DNA from: Waddliaceae bacterium
GTDB lineage: Bacteria; Chlamydiota; Chlamydiia; Chlamydiales; Waddliaceae
DNA length: 64,000 nt
NCBI GenBank assembly: GCA_963724325.1
Contig: CAVRUH010000001.1
Span: forward strand, 288,001-352,000
Direction of reading: 5' to 3'
Under the pieces are notes generated by a model. It searched no databases. It was given only the letters and a program-made list of their open reading frames with translations, and had not been told where the DNA came from. This document shows, in pieces, positions 31,401 to 39,521 of the stretch. The translations under genes and the position numbers were made by a program. The number at the start of each line of letters is the position of its first letter. Position 1 is the stretch's first letter.

Positions 31401-31608
31401 TTTCAAAAACTATTTGTTTTATCCCGAAAGTAAACGGAGGAGGCGGTTTCCCGCTCGATTCAGATCGCAATTTCTCCAAATCCCAATAAATATCTTGATA
31501 GGTTTTATACTCGGGGAATATTTCTCTATAGAAAAAAGCTCCAAAAAAAACGGTTGCGACAACACCTAAAGAGATCAATGCCAATTGATAGTAATATTCG
31601 GATCTCAT
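28447..31608 (-). CDS. Membrane-anchored multiheme cytochrome c (7 CxxCH, ~1053 aa)
   Basis: CTSCH twice, CVQCH, CYACH, CAACH, CSQCH and CSVCH. The start at MRSEYYY lies just after the cytochrome b stop and is followed by a TM helix. Confidence 0.88.
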   Translation of the reverse strand: MRSEYYYQLALISLGVVATVFFGAFFYREIFPEYKTYQDIYWDLEKLRSESSGKPPPPFTFGIKQIVFEKEDKGNPTIDRCTSCHLALEYKHFSPTSEDYVWKMVDEKILAYEKEGKIKEAEKLKALKTVTVGENTYDVTKVLRMHPLIGKETRPFEYHPMEEYGCTSCHNGNGRGLTTMNAHGPVFDDQYEEEFLGPMPVFTESDPKNDPLFAKVFNHKPGHSLLFQTTPIYVGGLIDAKCVQCHLQKSGELGLKHFDRGEELFVAQACYACHRVDGISRGGVGPELTNAGSRYPWYLKEKMVWPQGDLRTSTMPNYRLDHPELEDLMTFMLAQNGRGKSRSETDYRKKIMKWDGGEKVEIEKPINPAMLHDLRHSMIIFATEGCAACHRLKGFESNAGYSAVKKNDNFDTRYNETQWFKKLFPETIVGSEIVKVIEDNASEIDQRIVDNVRENSILEEIESQYPQLIESYYTPFRYASRTKQNDKAWTERIRRVLMTFIQEYGLGRIVGPRPNWSGVYRSDEWLIEHFRKPSRHIARSIMPAFPFDDSKFYALTYMLDTLGKKNRDEVREIWEKKGFSPEVAYQTYCSQCHGEYLHGDGPVAQWIYPIPKNLRNADFLRNFTKENVINSIIHGVKGTPMPPWGEAATDKATADGIPVISEKEIKQLVDWLFSSLLGGEVIKSSKDVPKWQYSPQEALKEMKLEKGELKSGPPPEFFELKEAKSKVGMLNAAEEAPKTLDDEVEETFDIAPNTLGGSDKNVYYFKKKYFTEENIKAGQSFFELNCSVCHGIEADGTGYRAGTMFDAKPRMLTNLHWIDSKDDLRLLRSIKYGVPGTAMIPWGDQTTSLQRAQLVIFIRSLSESQDERDKLFNALYEKFDRADQTIDDARVAGYAILNKYQQQITDLKMRQETASTTQEKLDLYKEELNLLPLLKTQQEDDKLLVELKKTVKEEGYIYQVIGIVLIGKSFVENPLRILLDLISSDSITYFMKDGKLDATYDPKKEEKIEALADQITLNLPDKLKFEIQKGFNEAKQLREKQRTIFKELTHDKV

Positions 31609-31609
31609 T

Positions 31610-32935
31610 TTAATGCCTTGAAAAATTTTCGGTCCATGGCCATATCCATCCCCAGTTTGCCCCTCGGAAATAGGTGCCAATAATAATTAAAATCCCTTGC
31701 CATGTCATAAATAAGGTATACAAAAAAATTGCCAAATAACGACTTCGGTGGAACCAGACCCCTTCTCCCTTAGGATTGCGATCTAAATAGGGAATTGCCA
31801 TCAACCCAACTACCATCAGCCCAGGTATTGCAACTCCGCCCCAGAAGGCATCATAAGCAACCATTTCCTGCAATCCTAAGAAATACCATGGAGCTTTCGA
31901 CGGATTCGGGGGTTTGGTCGGATTTGCCGGTTCCTCAAGAGGTGCATCGATAAATGAAAGCCCCAGCACAAGCACTAATGAGAATAAAAATGCCACCATT
32001 TCCGCCCGCAACAAATGCGGCCATGTAAAAACAAAGTTATAAGGTCCCTTGTCAACCTGCGGACAAGTGCCTCGCACAAGTTCCATGAGCCCATAAGTAC
32101 GCTTGACGCCTGGAGCAAATGATTCCTTTGTGTCAGAACGCTGCACCACTCGATACGGATCGGGCATAATTTTTTCAGGAGGACGCGATAACCCGCCATC
32201 TTTGCGAATTCTCCAAAAATGAACGCCAATCAACGTACCTGTCAACAAAGGCAACGCGGCAACATGCAGAACATAAAAACGAATCAAAGCATCCTGTCCT
32301 ACGTTTGTGGAAGCCAAGAGCATCACGCGGTTGACATTGTATTCAAAACCTGGGAGATTCGGAGCATATCCGGCAATATTAGTACCTACAGTAATAGCCC
32401 AAAAGGCAAGCTGGTCCCATGGGAGCAGATATCCAGTAAACGAAAGAATCAAGGTCAAAACCATCAAAATGACTCCCACAGCCCAGTTAAACTTTCGCAT
32501 TCCTTTATATGATCCCGTATAAAATACACGAGACATATGCAAGAAGACAAAGAGGACCATCATGTGGGCGCTCCATCGATGCATATTGCGGAACATCATG
32601 GCAAAAGGAGTCGTATCCTGCCAATCCTTCATAATATCAAATGCCCGATCCTCAGCAGGGATGTAATAAAACATCAAAACTACACCTGTAATCGTCAGAA
32701 GAAGAAACAAACTTGCACTGATTGTTCCCAAGCCTAATGTATAAAAAGGATCAAGAGAATTCTTATGGCATTTCACTGGATGAAAATGGAGGAAAAAGTT
32801 TTTAAAGACAATTTCTGAACGGTCAACATCATTATTTGGATAATTATGACGAAAAATGGAACGGACAAAATCCCTCGGAAGATTTCTTAAATGTTGTCCC
32901 AAAGTAGGTTTTGGCTTCCCTTTTAGTGCAGTCAT
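31610..32935 (-). CDS. petB: Cytochrome b of a Rieske/cytb complex (b6 and subunit IV parts in one chain)
   Basis: RNMHRWSAH, FLHMSRVF, TGYLLPWDQ, RFYVLHV and GVHFWRIRKDG. The PEWY position reads KAPWYF. Confidence 0.9.
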   Translation of the reverse strand: MTALKGKPKPTLGQHLRNLPRDFVRSIFRHNYPNNDVDRSEIVFKNFFLHFHPVKCHKNSLDPFYTLGLGTISASLFLLLTITGVVLMFYYIPAEDRAFDIMKDWQDTTPFAMMFRNMHRWSAHMMVLFVFLHMSRVFYTGSYKGMRKFNWAVGVILMVLTLILSFTGYLLPWDQLAFWAITVGTNIAGYAPNLPGFEYNVNRVMLLASTNVGQDALIRFYVLHVAALPLLTGTLIGVHFWRIRKDGGLSRPPEKIMPDPYRVVQRSDTKESFAPGVKRTYGLMELVRGTCPQVDKGPYNFVFTWPHLLRAEMVAFLFSLVLVLGLSFIDAPLEEPANPTKPPNPSKAPWYFLGLQEMVAYDAFWGGVAIPGLMVVGLMAIPYLDRNPKGEGVWFHRSRYLAIFLYTLFMTWQGILIIIGTYFRGANWGWIWPWTENFSRH

Positions 32936-32943
32936 AATATTTC

Positions 32944-33456
32944 CTAAGCAACTGGCGTATACCAGGCTTCATCCCAATTTAGCGTTGTTTTATTCTTATC
33001 TACCATCAAGTCGCCCGAAGCACCTTTAAATACATGAAAAAAAACCAAGGGCAGTGGAGCCGGCCCACCTGTGTTTTTCCCATACCGATCATATGTCGAA
33101 CCATGACATGGACAGGCATAACCTGTTTCCACCATATTAACGGTGCATCCCAAATGAGTACAAACAGCCGTTTGGACTCTCACCTTTCCCGACAATGTCT
33201 CAATAAATACTTTTTGCTTCGGATTAAACACTTTGCCATCGCGCGATAGAACTTCCTCTGGTCTTCCAATCGAAAATACACTTGGAGGTATTTTCATCGC
33301 ATTCGGATAGAGAAATCCAAGTAAAGAGGCATTAAATACTCCTCCCGCTCCCAACAAACATGCGCCGGCTCCCATCAATGCTAAAAATGACCTGCGAGTA
33401 ATCCTAGGATCATTATCGTCCTTGTCGATATTCAGCGAATTCCTATATTTCGGCAT
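32944..33456 (-). CDS. Rieske 2Fe-2S protein with Tat signal
   Basis: [20 protein letters not shown] and GPAPLPL motifs. Confidence 0.93.
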   Translation of the reverse strand: MPKYRNSLNIDKDDNDPRITRRSFLALMGAGACLLGAGGVFNASLLGFLYPNAMKIPPSVFSIGRPEEVLSRDGKVFNPKQKVFIETLSGKVRVQTAVCTHLGCTVNMVETGYACPCHGSTYDRYGKNTGGPAPLPLVFFHVFKGASGDLMVDKNKTTLNWDEAWYTPVA

Positions 33457-33594
33457 CTAATCCGTCTCCTCATTACGAAACATCTGGTACTTAACGTCCT
33501 CTGGATCCTCAAATTGTCCATTTCGCAGATAATAGATATAAATCAGCATCCCTGACAATGCAAATGAAATCGTTCCTGCTAAATACAAAATCAT
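33457..33594 (-). CDS. CcoS-like small membrane protein (45 aa, not in ORF track)
   Basis: MILYLAGTISFALSGMLIYIYYLRNGQFEDPEDVKYQMFRNEETD. TM helix plus a GQF(D/E)D motif, and it abuts both neighbours. Confidence 0.75.
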   Translation of the reverse strand: MILYLAGTISFALSGMLIYIYYLRNGQFEDPEDVKYQMFRNEETD

Positions 33595-35465
33595 TATCCT
33601 ATCCACCTAAAAGAGTAATTCATTGCATCCATTGTTACCGCCTGTGTAGGGCATTTTTCAGCGCAAAGTCCGCATCTAATACATAAATCTTCATTTTTTA
33701 ACATAGCTGACCCCATTAAATCCATCTCTTCTTCATTCATACTTGCTGAATCCACTCCATATAGGTTGTCAACAGCTTTTCTAAGGTTTCCTTCTCCTAA
33801 ATCGAGATTCAATTTACTAATCGGAATCAATTTTAAGCAGTTACAAGGGCATACATCGACGCATCCATTGCACTTAATGCACAATTCTCCATTAAAAACA
33901 GGGCTTACATGACACTGTAGACACCGATTTGCCTGTTGATGCGCTGCTTCTGGAGTATAATTATTCTCTACCATGTCATTATTATGGATTCGTTGACTTA
34001 CAGGAAGCATTGTAGGCAGCGCCCACTTAGTTCTAAGATATGTTTTATCTCGAATTGGTGTGATCTCTGTAAATTCTCCCACAAACTCACGATAAGGAGT
34101 CGTACCTCTAAGGTCGGCATCTATGGCTCTTGCGGCATCCTGCCCATGCCGTATGGCTGTGATAAATAACGCTGGTCCAAAGGCAGCATCCCCTCCTGCA
34201 TAAATTCCAGGCACCGATGTGCGCCCTGTTTGTCTTTCAGTTTGTATCACACCTCGATCGATTTTGAGTTTTTCCTTATTTTTCCATCCATCGAGAAAAC
34301 TTGCATCCATCCCTTGACCAATAGCTAACGCAATAGTGTCGCAAGGAATGACATATTCAGTATCAGGTATCACTTGCGGATTAAATCTTCCATTATGCTC
34401 AAAGAGCCTTAAAATGCGTTCTACGCGCAGCCCAATTACTTTTCCATCGGGACCTCGTTCTATAGCTTTCGGAGCAACTCGATTTATAATCGTGATCCCT
34501 TCTTCAATGCCGTCCTCGATTTCAAATTCATCAGCTGTCTGCTCATCTCTCGATTCCAAACAAACCATCGTAACTGTCTTAGCCTTATTTCTTACCGAGG
34601 TACGGGCAACGTCAAAAGCAACGTTTCCACCCCCGACGACAACGATATGTTCTCCTATTTTCCATTCACCATCAACGCACCTCACTGCCAAATAATCAAT
34701 ACCACGGATGATGTCCGGAGCATCCGCTCCAGGAATAGGCAAATCCCTCGATTTCCAAAGTCCAACACCCAAAAAAATGGCATCATAATTCTCTTCAAGC
34801 TCATTCAAGGTGATGTCTCGACCTACTTTTTGATTACACAAAACTCTAGCACCCAGGTGTTCAATGGCATGGCACTCATTTAAAGGAATGTCTTTCTTTA
34901 ATCGATACGGAGGCACCCCATAAATCAACATGCCTCCAGGCAAAGGCATCATTTCGTAAATATCAACAGCATAACCTAGGCGGAGCAAGTCATGTGCAAC
35001 AGCATAAGAAGCAACTCCTCCTCCTACACAGGCCACCTTCAACCCATTCGGAGTAGGTTTCGTAGAACCCCGAGAGTAACTCATTTCCAATGATTTAATA
35101 TGAGCTTCCTCATCCAACCCAAACCATTCATCCAAAAATCTCTTTTGAGCTCTGATGGTCAATGTCTTATCAACCCGATCTCGTCGACAAGATGTTTCAC
35201 ACGGCGCACCGCAAATCATCCCGCAAATAGAAGCAAAAGGATTCGGTCCCCTCGCAATTTTATACCCTTCAAGATAATTCCCTGCATGCAAGGCAATCAT
35301 GTAGGCTCTGGGGTCTGTATTGACAGGACACCCATCCCGGCAGTCAATCTGCCGAATATAATAGTCTAAATCCGGTATGACCACATCGTAAATGTCCCTA
35401 TATGCAGCTTTTACCTGTTCGTCCGACAACGCAAACTCCCCACATTTAAACTGGAAATTTACCAA
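33594..35465 (-). CDS. GltD/NfnB/DsrL-like FAD/NAD(P) oxidoreductase with C-terminal 2x[4Fe-4S] ferredoxin domain
   Basis: CRDGCP, CGMICGAPCETSCRR, GGMLIYGVPPYRL, GGGNVAFD, AGGDA, RCLQC, CIKCNGCVDVCP and CIRCGLCAEKCP motifs. Confidence 0.9.
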   Translation of the reverse strand: MVNFQFKCGEFALSDEQVKAAYRDIYDVVIPDLDYYIRQIDCRDGCPVNTDPRAYMIALHAGNYLEGYKIARGPNPFASICGMICGAPCETSCRRDRVDKTLTIRAQKRFLDEWFGLDEEAHIKSLEMSYSRGSTKPTPNGLKVACVGGGVASYAVAHDLLRLGYAVDIYEMMPLPGGMLIYGVPPYRLKKDIPLNECHAIEHLGARVLCNQKVGRDITLNELEENYDAIFLGVGLWKSRDLPIPGADAPDIIRGIDYLAVRCVDGEWKIGEHIVVVGGGNVAFDVARTSVRNKAKTVTMVCLESRDEQTADEFEIEDGIEEGITIINRVAPKAIERGPDGKVIGLRVERILRLFEHNGRFNPQVIPDTEYVIPCDTIALAIGQGMDASFLDGWKNKEKLKIDRGVIQTERQTGRTSVPGIYAGGDAAFGPALFITAIRHGQDAARAIDADLRGTTPYREFVGEFTEITPIRDKTYLRTKWALPTMLPVSQRIHNNDMVENNYTPEAAHQQANRCLQCHVSPVFNGELCIKCNGCVDVCPCNCLKLIPISKLNLDLGEGNLRKAVDNLYGVDSASMNEEEMDLMGSAMLKNEDLCIRCGLCAEKCPTQAVTMDAMNYSFRWIG

Positions 35466-35751
35466 GGTAACGGATTATTTTAAAGGTAAATTAAAAACAC
35501 AAGATATTGAATTGCTGTACAAGATAAGCTCGCTGGAATGAGTTCAATGCACTTGAATTAAAAAAAATTACTAAGTTAAATTTAAATATAAGCCATTTAT
35601 TTTCAATTAGTTAAAAATTTAAAATGCACTGTAAGACATAGATACTCTAACTTTATTAGTTAAAAAAATTATTACATATGTTATTATGAAGTTAAGTAAC
35701 AAATGTTTTAGGTCCATCATAAAAATCTAAAGCCTTCAGGGAGGTTGTACA

Positions 35752-35913
35752 ATGTCAACTCATGAGAGGAATAAAATAAAAGGTGCTACGATGATCGAGT
35801 ACGCAATCATCGTGGGTCTGATTGCTATCGCAGTCACCGCCATTGTAACCACATTGGGTAAAGATGTTAAAACATTATTTACTACAATTGACACGGCTGT
35901 AAAGGCTGCATAA
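35752..35913 (+). CDS. flp: Flp/type IVc pilin 1 (53 aa, not in ORF track)
   Basis: MSTHERNKIKG/ATMIEYAIIVGLIAIAVTAIVTTLGKDVKTLFTTIDTAVKAA carries the G-x4-EY Flp motif. GGAGG RBS. Confidence 0.93.
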   Translation: MSTHERNKIKGATMIEYAIIVGLIAIAVTAIVTTLGKDVKTLFTTIDTAVKAA

Positions 35914-36031
35914 GGAGAAATGATATATTTGTTAAAAAAAATATTTTATATGTTATATGTTATTTAGAGTCATAAATCGGCAAAAAGATTGCTGATCGAC
36001 AAATTTAGAAAATAACCATAAGGAGGTTTGT

Positions 36032-36193
36032 ATGACAAAGTATTCAAAAAATAAAATTAAGGGTGCTACAATGATCGAATATGCGATTATCGTAGGCTTG
36101 ATTGCTATTGCAGTTACTGCCATTGTGACAACATTGGGTAAAGATATTATAACACTATTTACCTCAATCGATACAACTGTAAAAGCTGCTTAA
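36032..36193 (+). CDS. flp: Flp pilin 2 (53 aa, not in ORF track)
   Basis: MTKYSKNKIKG/ATMIEYAIIVGLIAIAVTAIVTTLGKDIITLFTSIDTTVKAA. AGGAGG RBS. Confidence 0.93.
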   Translation: MTKYSKNKIKGATMIEYAIIVGLIAIAVTAIVTTLGKDIITLFTSIDTTVKAA

Positions 36194-36208
36194 TAGCAAA
36201 CACATACT

Positions 36209-36236
36209 TTTAAGGCCTGTCTTAACAGGCCTTAAA
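36209..36236. terminator. Hairpin after flp2
   Basis: TTTAAGGCCTGT-CTTA-ACAGGCCTTAAA is a perfect 12-bp stem. A degenerate copy follows flp3. Confidence 0.7.
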
Positions 36237-36274
36237 TTAATTTAAATTATTGCTAAATAATCATGGGGATTTAT

Positions 36275-36436
36275 ATGACAAAGTATTCAAAAAATAAAAT
36301 TAAGGGTGCTACAATGATCGAATATGCGATTATCGTAGGCTTGATTGCTATTGCAGTTACTGCCATTGTGACGACATTGGGTAAAGATATTATAACACTA
36401 TTTACCACAATCGACACAACTGTAAAAGCTGCTTAA
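36275..36436 (+). CDS. flp: Flp pilin 3 (53 aa, not in ORF track)
   Basis: Near-identical duplicate of flp2 with one S to T change. Confidence 0.92.
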   Translation: MTKYSKNKIKGATMIEYAIIVGLIAIAVTAIVTTLGKDIITLFTTIDTTVKAA

Positions 36437-36474
36437 TAGCAGAAATATACTTTTAAGGCTAGTCTTGACAAGCC

Positions 36475-37188
36475 TTAAATTATTTTTGCCAATATTAGGT
36501 AGTTTGCCATTATGGCGACAATTGTTGCCGAGCAAGCGTAGGGAACTTCTTTGTATAGGAAGTTCTCTTCATCATTTTTCTTGTTCAACAGTACATTTAG
36601 AATGTTCGTAACAATTAATAGAACCAAAGAAATGGCTAGGATGGGGATTAATAACTTGACTCCCACGCATGCGCCTATTCCCGCATTCAATTTGAAATCT
36701 CCAGGATACATTCCCTCCATACCCCGAAAATGGCGATAAATCTCATTAAACATCCAAAAGATGCCATATCCGAAAATTGCCCCTGCAATACTTTCTGAAG
36801 GGCTGATAATAATCGAAAAAAGAGAACCGATCAACCCTAGCCACACAAAAGAAAGTGTCAATTGATCGGGTAGTATTCCATATTCGTAATCAGTAAAAAA
36901 GCAACATATCAGAATGCAATTAGCAGATAATAGAAAAATAAGGGATATCTCAAGGGGAAAAATCAATGCTGAAAAACCAAAAAGAATTGCCATTAGCCAC
37001 TGGAATAAGAATATTTTTGTGGTTTTTGGAATTTTATCTTGAAAAAACCACCCTATAATATTGCGGGGCTCTCGACCCTCATCGCATCCCTCAAGAAGGA
37101 TTTCTGGGAGAAATTGAACCGTCAGCCCCATAAACCGCCCGGTAAAATATCCCAAAATCATCGCTAAAATGGTATTCAATAAAATCAT
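36475..37188 (-). CDS. A24 family prepilin peptidase
   Basis: TDYEYGILPDQLT and GMYPGDFKL aspartate motifs, hydrophobic, adjacent to the flp genes. Confidence 0.85.
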   Translation of the reverse strand: MILLNTILAMILGYFTGRFMGLTVQFLPEILLEGCDEGREPRNIIGWFFQDKIPKTTKIFLFQWLMAILFGFSALIFPLEISLIFLLSANCILICCFFTDYEYGILPDQLTLSFVWLGLIGSLFSIIISPSESIAGAIFGYGIFWMFNEIYRHFRGMEGMYPGDFKLNAGIGACVGVKLLIPILAISLVLLIVTNILNVLLNKKNDEENFLYKEVPYACSATIVAIMANYLILAKII

Positions 37189-37403
37189 AAACTCGATATA
37201 TCAAAATAACATTTTTTTAAGCAAGCTTGATGCTGTAGAAAATTTTAATATTTATATTATTAATGTACGTAGATTTGGAATGAGGCATAGGAGGGCTGCC
37301 TATTTTTTCTTATGCTTCCTGTGATTTTTATTTCTAGATGACCAATAAAAATTGTAAAAAAATAATGTATTTGTTATGGCTATCTTCAGGAAGATATAAA
37401 TAT

Positions 37404-37817
37404 ATGAAAAAAATTTTGGGACAGTCAATGATTGAATTTGCAATAATGCTTCCTATTTTGATATTACTCGTGACTGGGATTCTTGAATTCAGCATACTTT
37501 TTTATGACAAGGGAGTCATCAGCAGTGCAAGCAGAGAAGGTGCACGGTATGGCATTACGAAAGGCAGCTCAGGCTACCCAACGGCGGCTCAGGTAATTAC
37601 TTACACCAAGACATTTTGCAATAATAATCTCATTACTTTTAGTTCAACTGCTACTTCCCCGACGGTTACTGCTACTCCATCCCAAAGCTCTCCTGTAACG
37701 GGAAGCTCTTTAACTGTCACTATAGGTTATACGTATAAAGATCTTATCCTCCACAACCTCATAAATGAATCGCAGACATATAATTTATCTGAATCTGCAA
37801 CCATGATTTATCAATAA
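37404..37817 (+). CDS. tadE: TadE-like minor pilin
   Basis: GQSMIEFAIMLPILILL..GILEF and ASREGARYG motifs. Confidence 0.9.
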   Translation: MKKILGQSMIEFAIMLPILILLVTGILEFSILFYDKGVISSASREGARYGITKGSSGYPTAAQVITYTKTFCNNNLITFSSTATSPTVTATPSQSSPVTGSSLTVTIGYTYKDLILHNLINESQTYNLSESATMIYQ

Positions 37818-37826
37818 GAGAAGAAA

Positions 37827-39092
37827 ATGGACAAAAAATTAGGAAAAAAGAAAAAAGGCAGTGTGATGATACTACTAGCGATCCTTCTCCCCTCGCTTTT
37901 AGGATTTACCTCAATGGCTATCGATGTAGGAAATATCTATTTCGTTCATAATAAAATGCAAACTGCGGCGGATGCTGCAGCTTTAGCAGCAGCTACTAGT
38001 GTAAACACAATCACACCCGGAAATAATTCTAGCGCTTCTACCTTAGCACAACAGATCGCAACCAAAAATAATTTTACAAATGGCTCTAACAATACTGTAG
38101 TCACCGTCTCTATTCCCCCGGGCAATCCCTATGGGCATTCTAGTTCTTATGCCAATAATTCAAATTATGCGCGAGTCCAAATCAGCCAACCGGTCGCCCT
38201 ATTTTTTGGAGGCTTCGTGGGGATTTCTACAATGGCCGTTAGCACCAATGCCGTTGCAGGTCCAGGTTCAAGCGCTCCAGTTGTTGTTTCCTTAGCAACT
38301 TCAGGCAGTGGACTGAATATACAAGGTAGCTCCTCGATTACCGCGGTTGGAGGCACAATCAATGTGAATTCAACCAGCTCTAGTGCAATAGTACTCACTG
38401 GAACATCTACCATAACAGCAAGCCAAGTTAACGATGTCGGAGGTTTTAGCGGGTCTACAAATTATGTTCATGGGACATTAAATCAAAACTATTCTACACC
38501 TGCATCGGATCCATTTGCTAGTATCTCTACACCATCAGCGCCATATACTTGCAATTACACAAACTATAATGCCGGCGGAGTCACTGTAGCAACACTATCC
38601 CCCGGCGTCTATTGCGGCGGAATTAATATCGGGGCTAGTGCTAAAGTAACATTTAATCCAGGCTTATATATTATATATGGAGGTGGTTTCAGCGTCAGCG
38701 GCGCCGCTACAGCAACTGGTTCAGGCGTCACATTTTTTAATACAGGCACTGCCAGTGGTACATATAAATATGGCGGCATAACTGTGGCTGGTTCAGCTGC
38801 AGTAACACTTTCTGCCCCAACTTCTGGCACATACACTGGAATGTTGTTCATGCAAGCCCCCCAAAATACCGTTGCAGCATCACTTTCTGGAGCTACAAAT
38901 AGTTTTTATGAAGGAAATTTGTATTTTCCAGGCGCAGCCATAACAATTTCGGGAAGTTCAAGTTTAGCACAACCTGTTGGTATTACCGCGGCGCAAAGTA
39001 TTAATATAACCGGTGCAAGCAGTATAACATTTACCAATTCATATGGTGGAGGATCATCTGTCAGCAGCAGCGGCATTGTGTTGTATGAGTAA
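37827..39092 (+). CDS. tadG: TadG-like pilus tip/adhesin protein
   Basis: KKGSVMIL, AIDVG and MQTAADAAALAAA Tad N-terminal motifs, then a Ser/Thr/Gly-rich beta region (PGVYCGG). Confidence 0.85.
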   Translation: MDKKLGKKKKGSVMILLAILLPSLLGFTSMAIDVGNIYFVHNKMQTAADAAALAAATSVNTITPGNNSSASTLAQQIATKNNFTNGSNNTVVTVSIPPGNPYGHSSSYANNSNYARVQISQPVALFFGGFVGISTMAVSTNAVAGPGSSAPVVVSLATSGSGLNIQGSSSITAVGGTINVNSTSSSAIVLTGTSTITASQVNDVGGFSGSTNYVHGTLNQNYSTPASDPFASISTPSAPYTCNYTNYNAGGVTVATLSPGVYCGGINIGASAKVTFNPGLYIIYGGGFSVSGAATATGSGVTFFNTGTASGTYKYGGITVAGSAAVTLSAPTSGTYTGMLFMQAPQNTVAASLSGATNSFYEGNLYFPGAAITISGSSSLAQPVGITAAQSINITGASSITFTNSYGGGSSVSSSGIVLYE

Positions 39093-39099
39093 CGAATAC

Positions 39100-39513
39100 C
39101 TACTCATAAGTCATCATAGAGGTTGCAGTTAAAAGATCATTTTTATTAGTTGCAATCCAATTATACAGAATGAGACCGCCATAGGTATAAGAAACTTTGA
39201 CAGTAATCGTAGAGCCTTGTACTGGCGGGGTGGCAGATGTCGATACAGCAACCGTAACAGTTGAAGAACTTCCGAATGTAATCAAGAACTTGCCGCAATA
39301 GTTTTGTATAAATGTATTAACCTGAGCACTAGTCGCAAATGGGGTAGAATTGACAATCCCATATCTAGCCCCTTCCTTAGCAGCATTCGTAATTATAGCT
39401 AAATCATAATACATGACGCCGAATTCAATAATTCCGCAGATTAATATCAATAACAACGGAGTAATAAGAACAAATTCGATTAATGCTGTGCCAAAACTAG
39501 ATTTTTTTTTCAT
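39100..39513 (-). CDS. TadE/F-like minor pilin
   Basis: GTALIEFVLITPLLLIL..GIIEFG and AAKEGARYG motifs. Confidence 0.88.
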   Translation of the reverse strand: MKKKSSFGTALIEFVLITPLLLILICGIIEFGVMYYDLAIITNAAKEGARYGIVNSTPFATSAQVNTFIQNYCGKFLITFGSSSTVTVAVSTSATPPVQGSTITVKVSYTYGGLILYNWIATNKNDLLTATSMMTYE

Positions 39514-39521
39514 TTTTTATT

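Noticed and set aside
33594..35465. Glutamate synthase small subunit (gltD) or sulfur-metabolism dsrL
   Set aside because: No gltB or dsr genes are nearby. The extra ferredoxin domain and coupling to the Rieske/cytb operon point to a different role.
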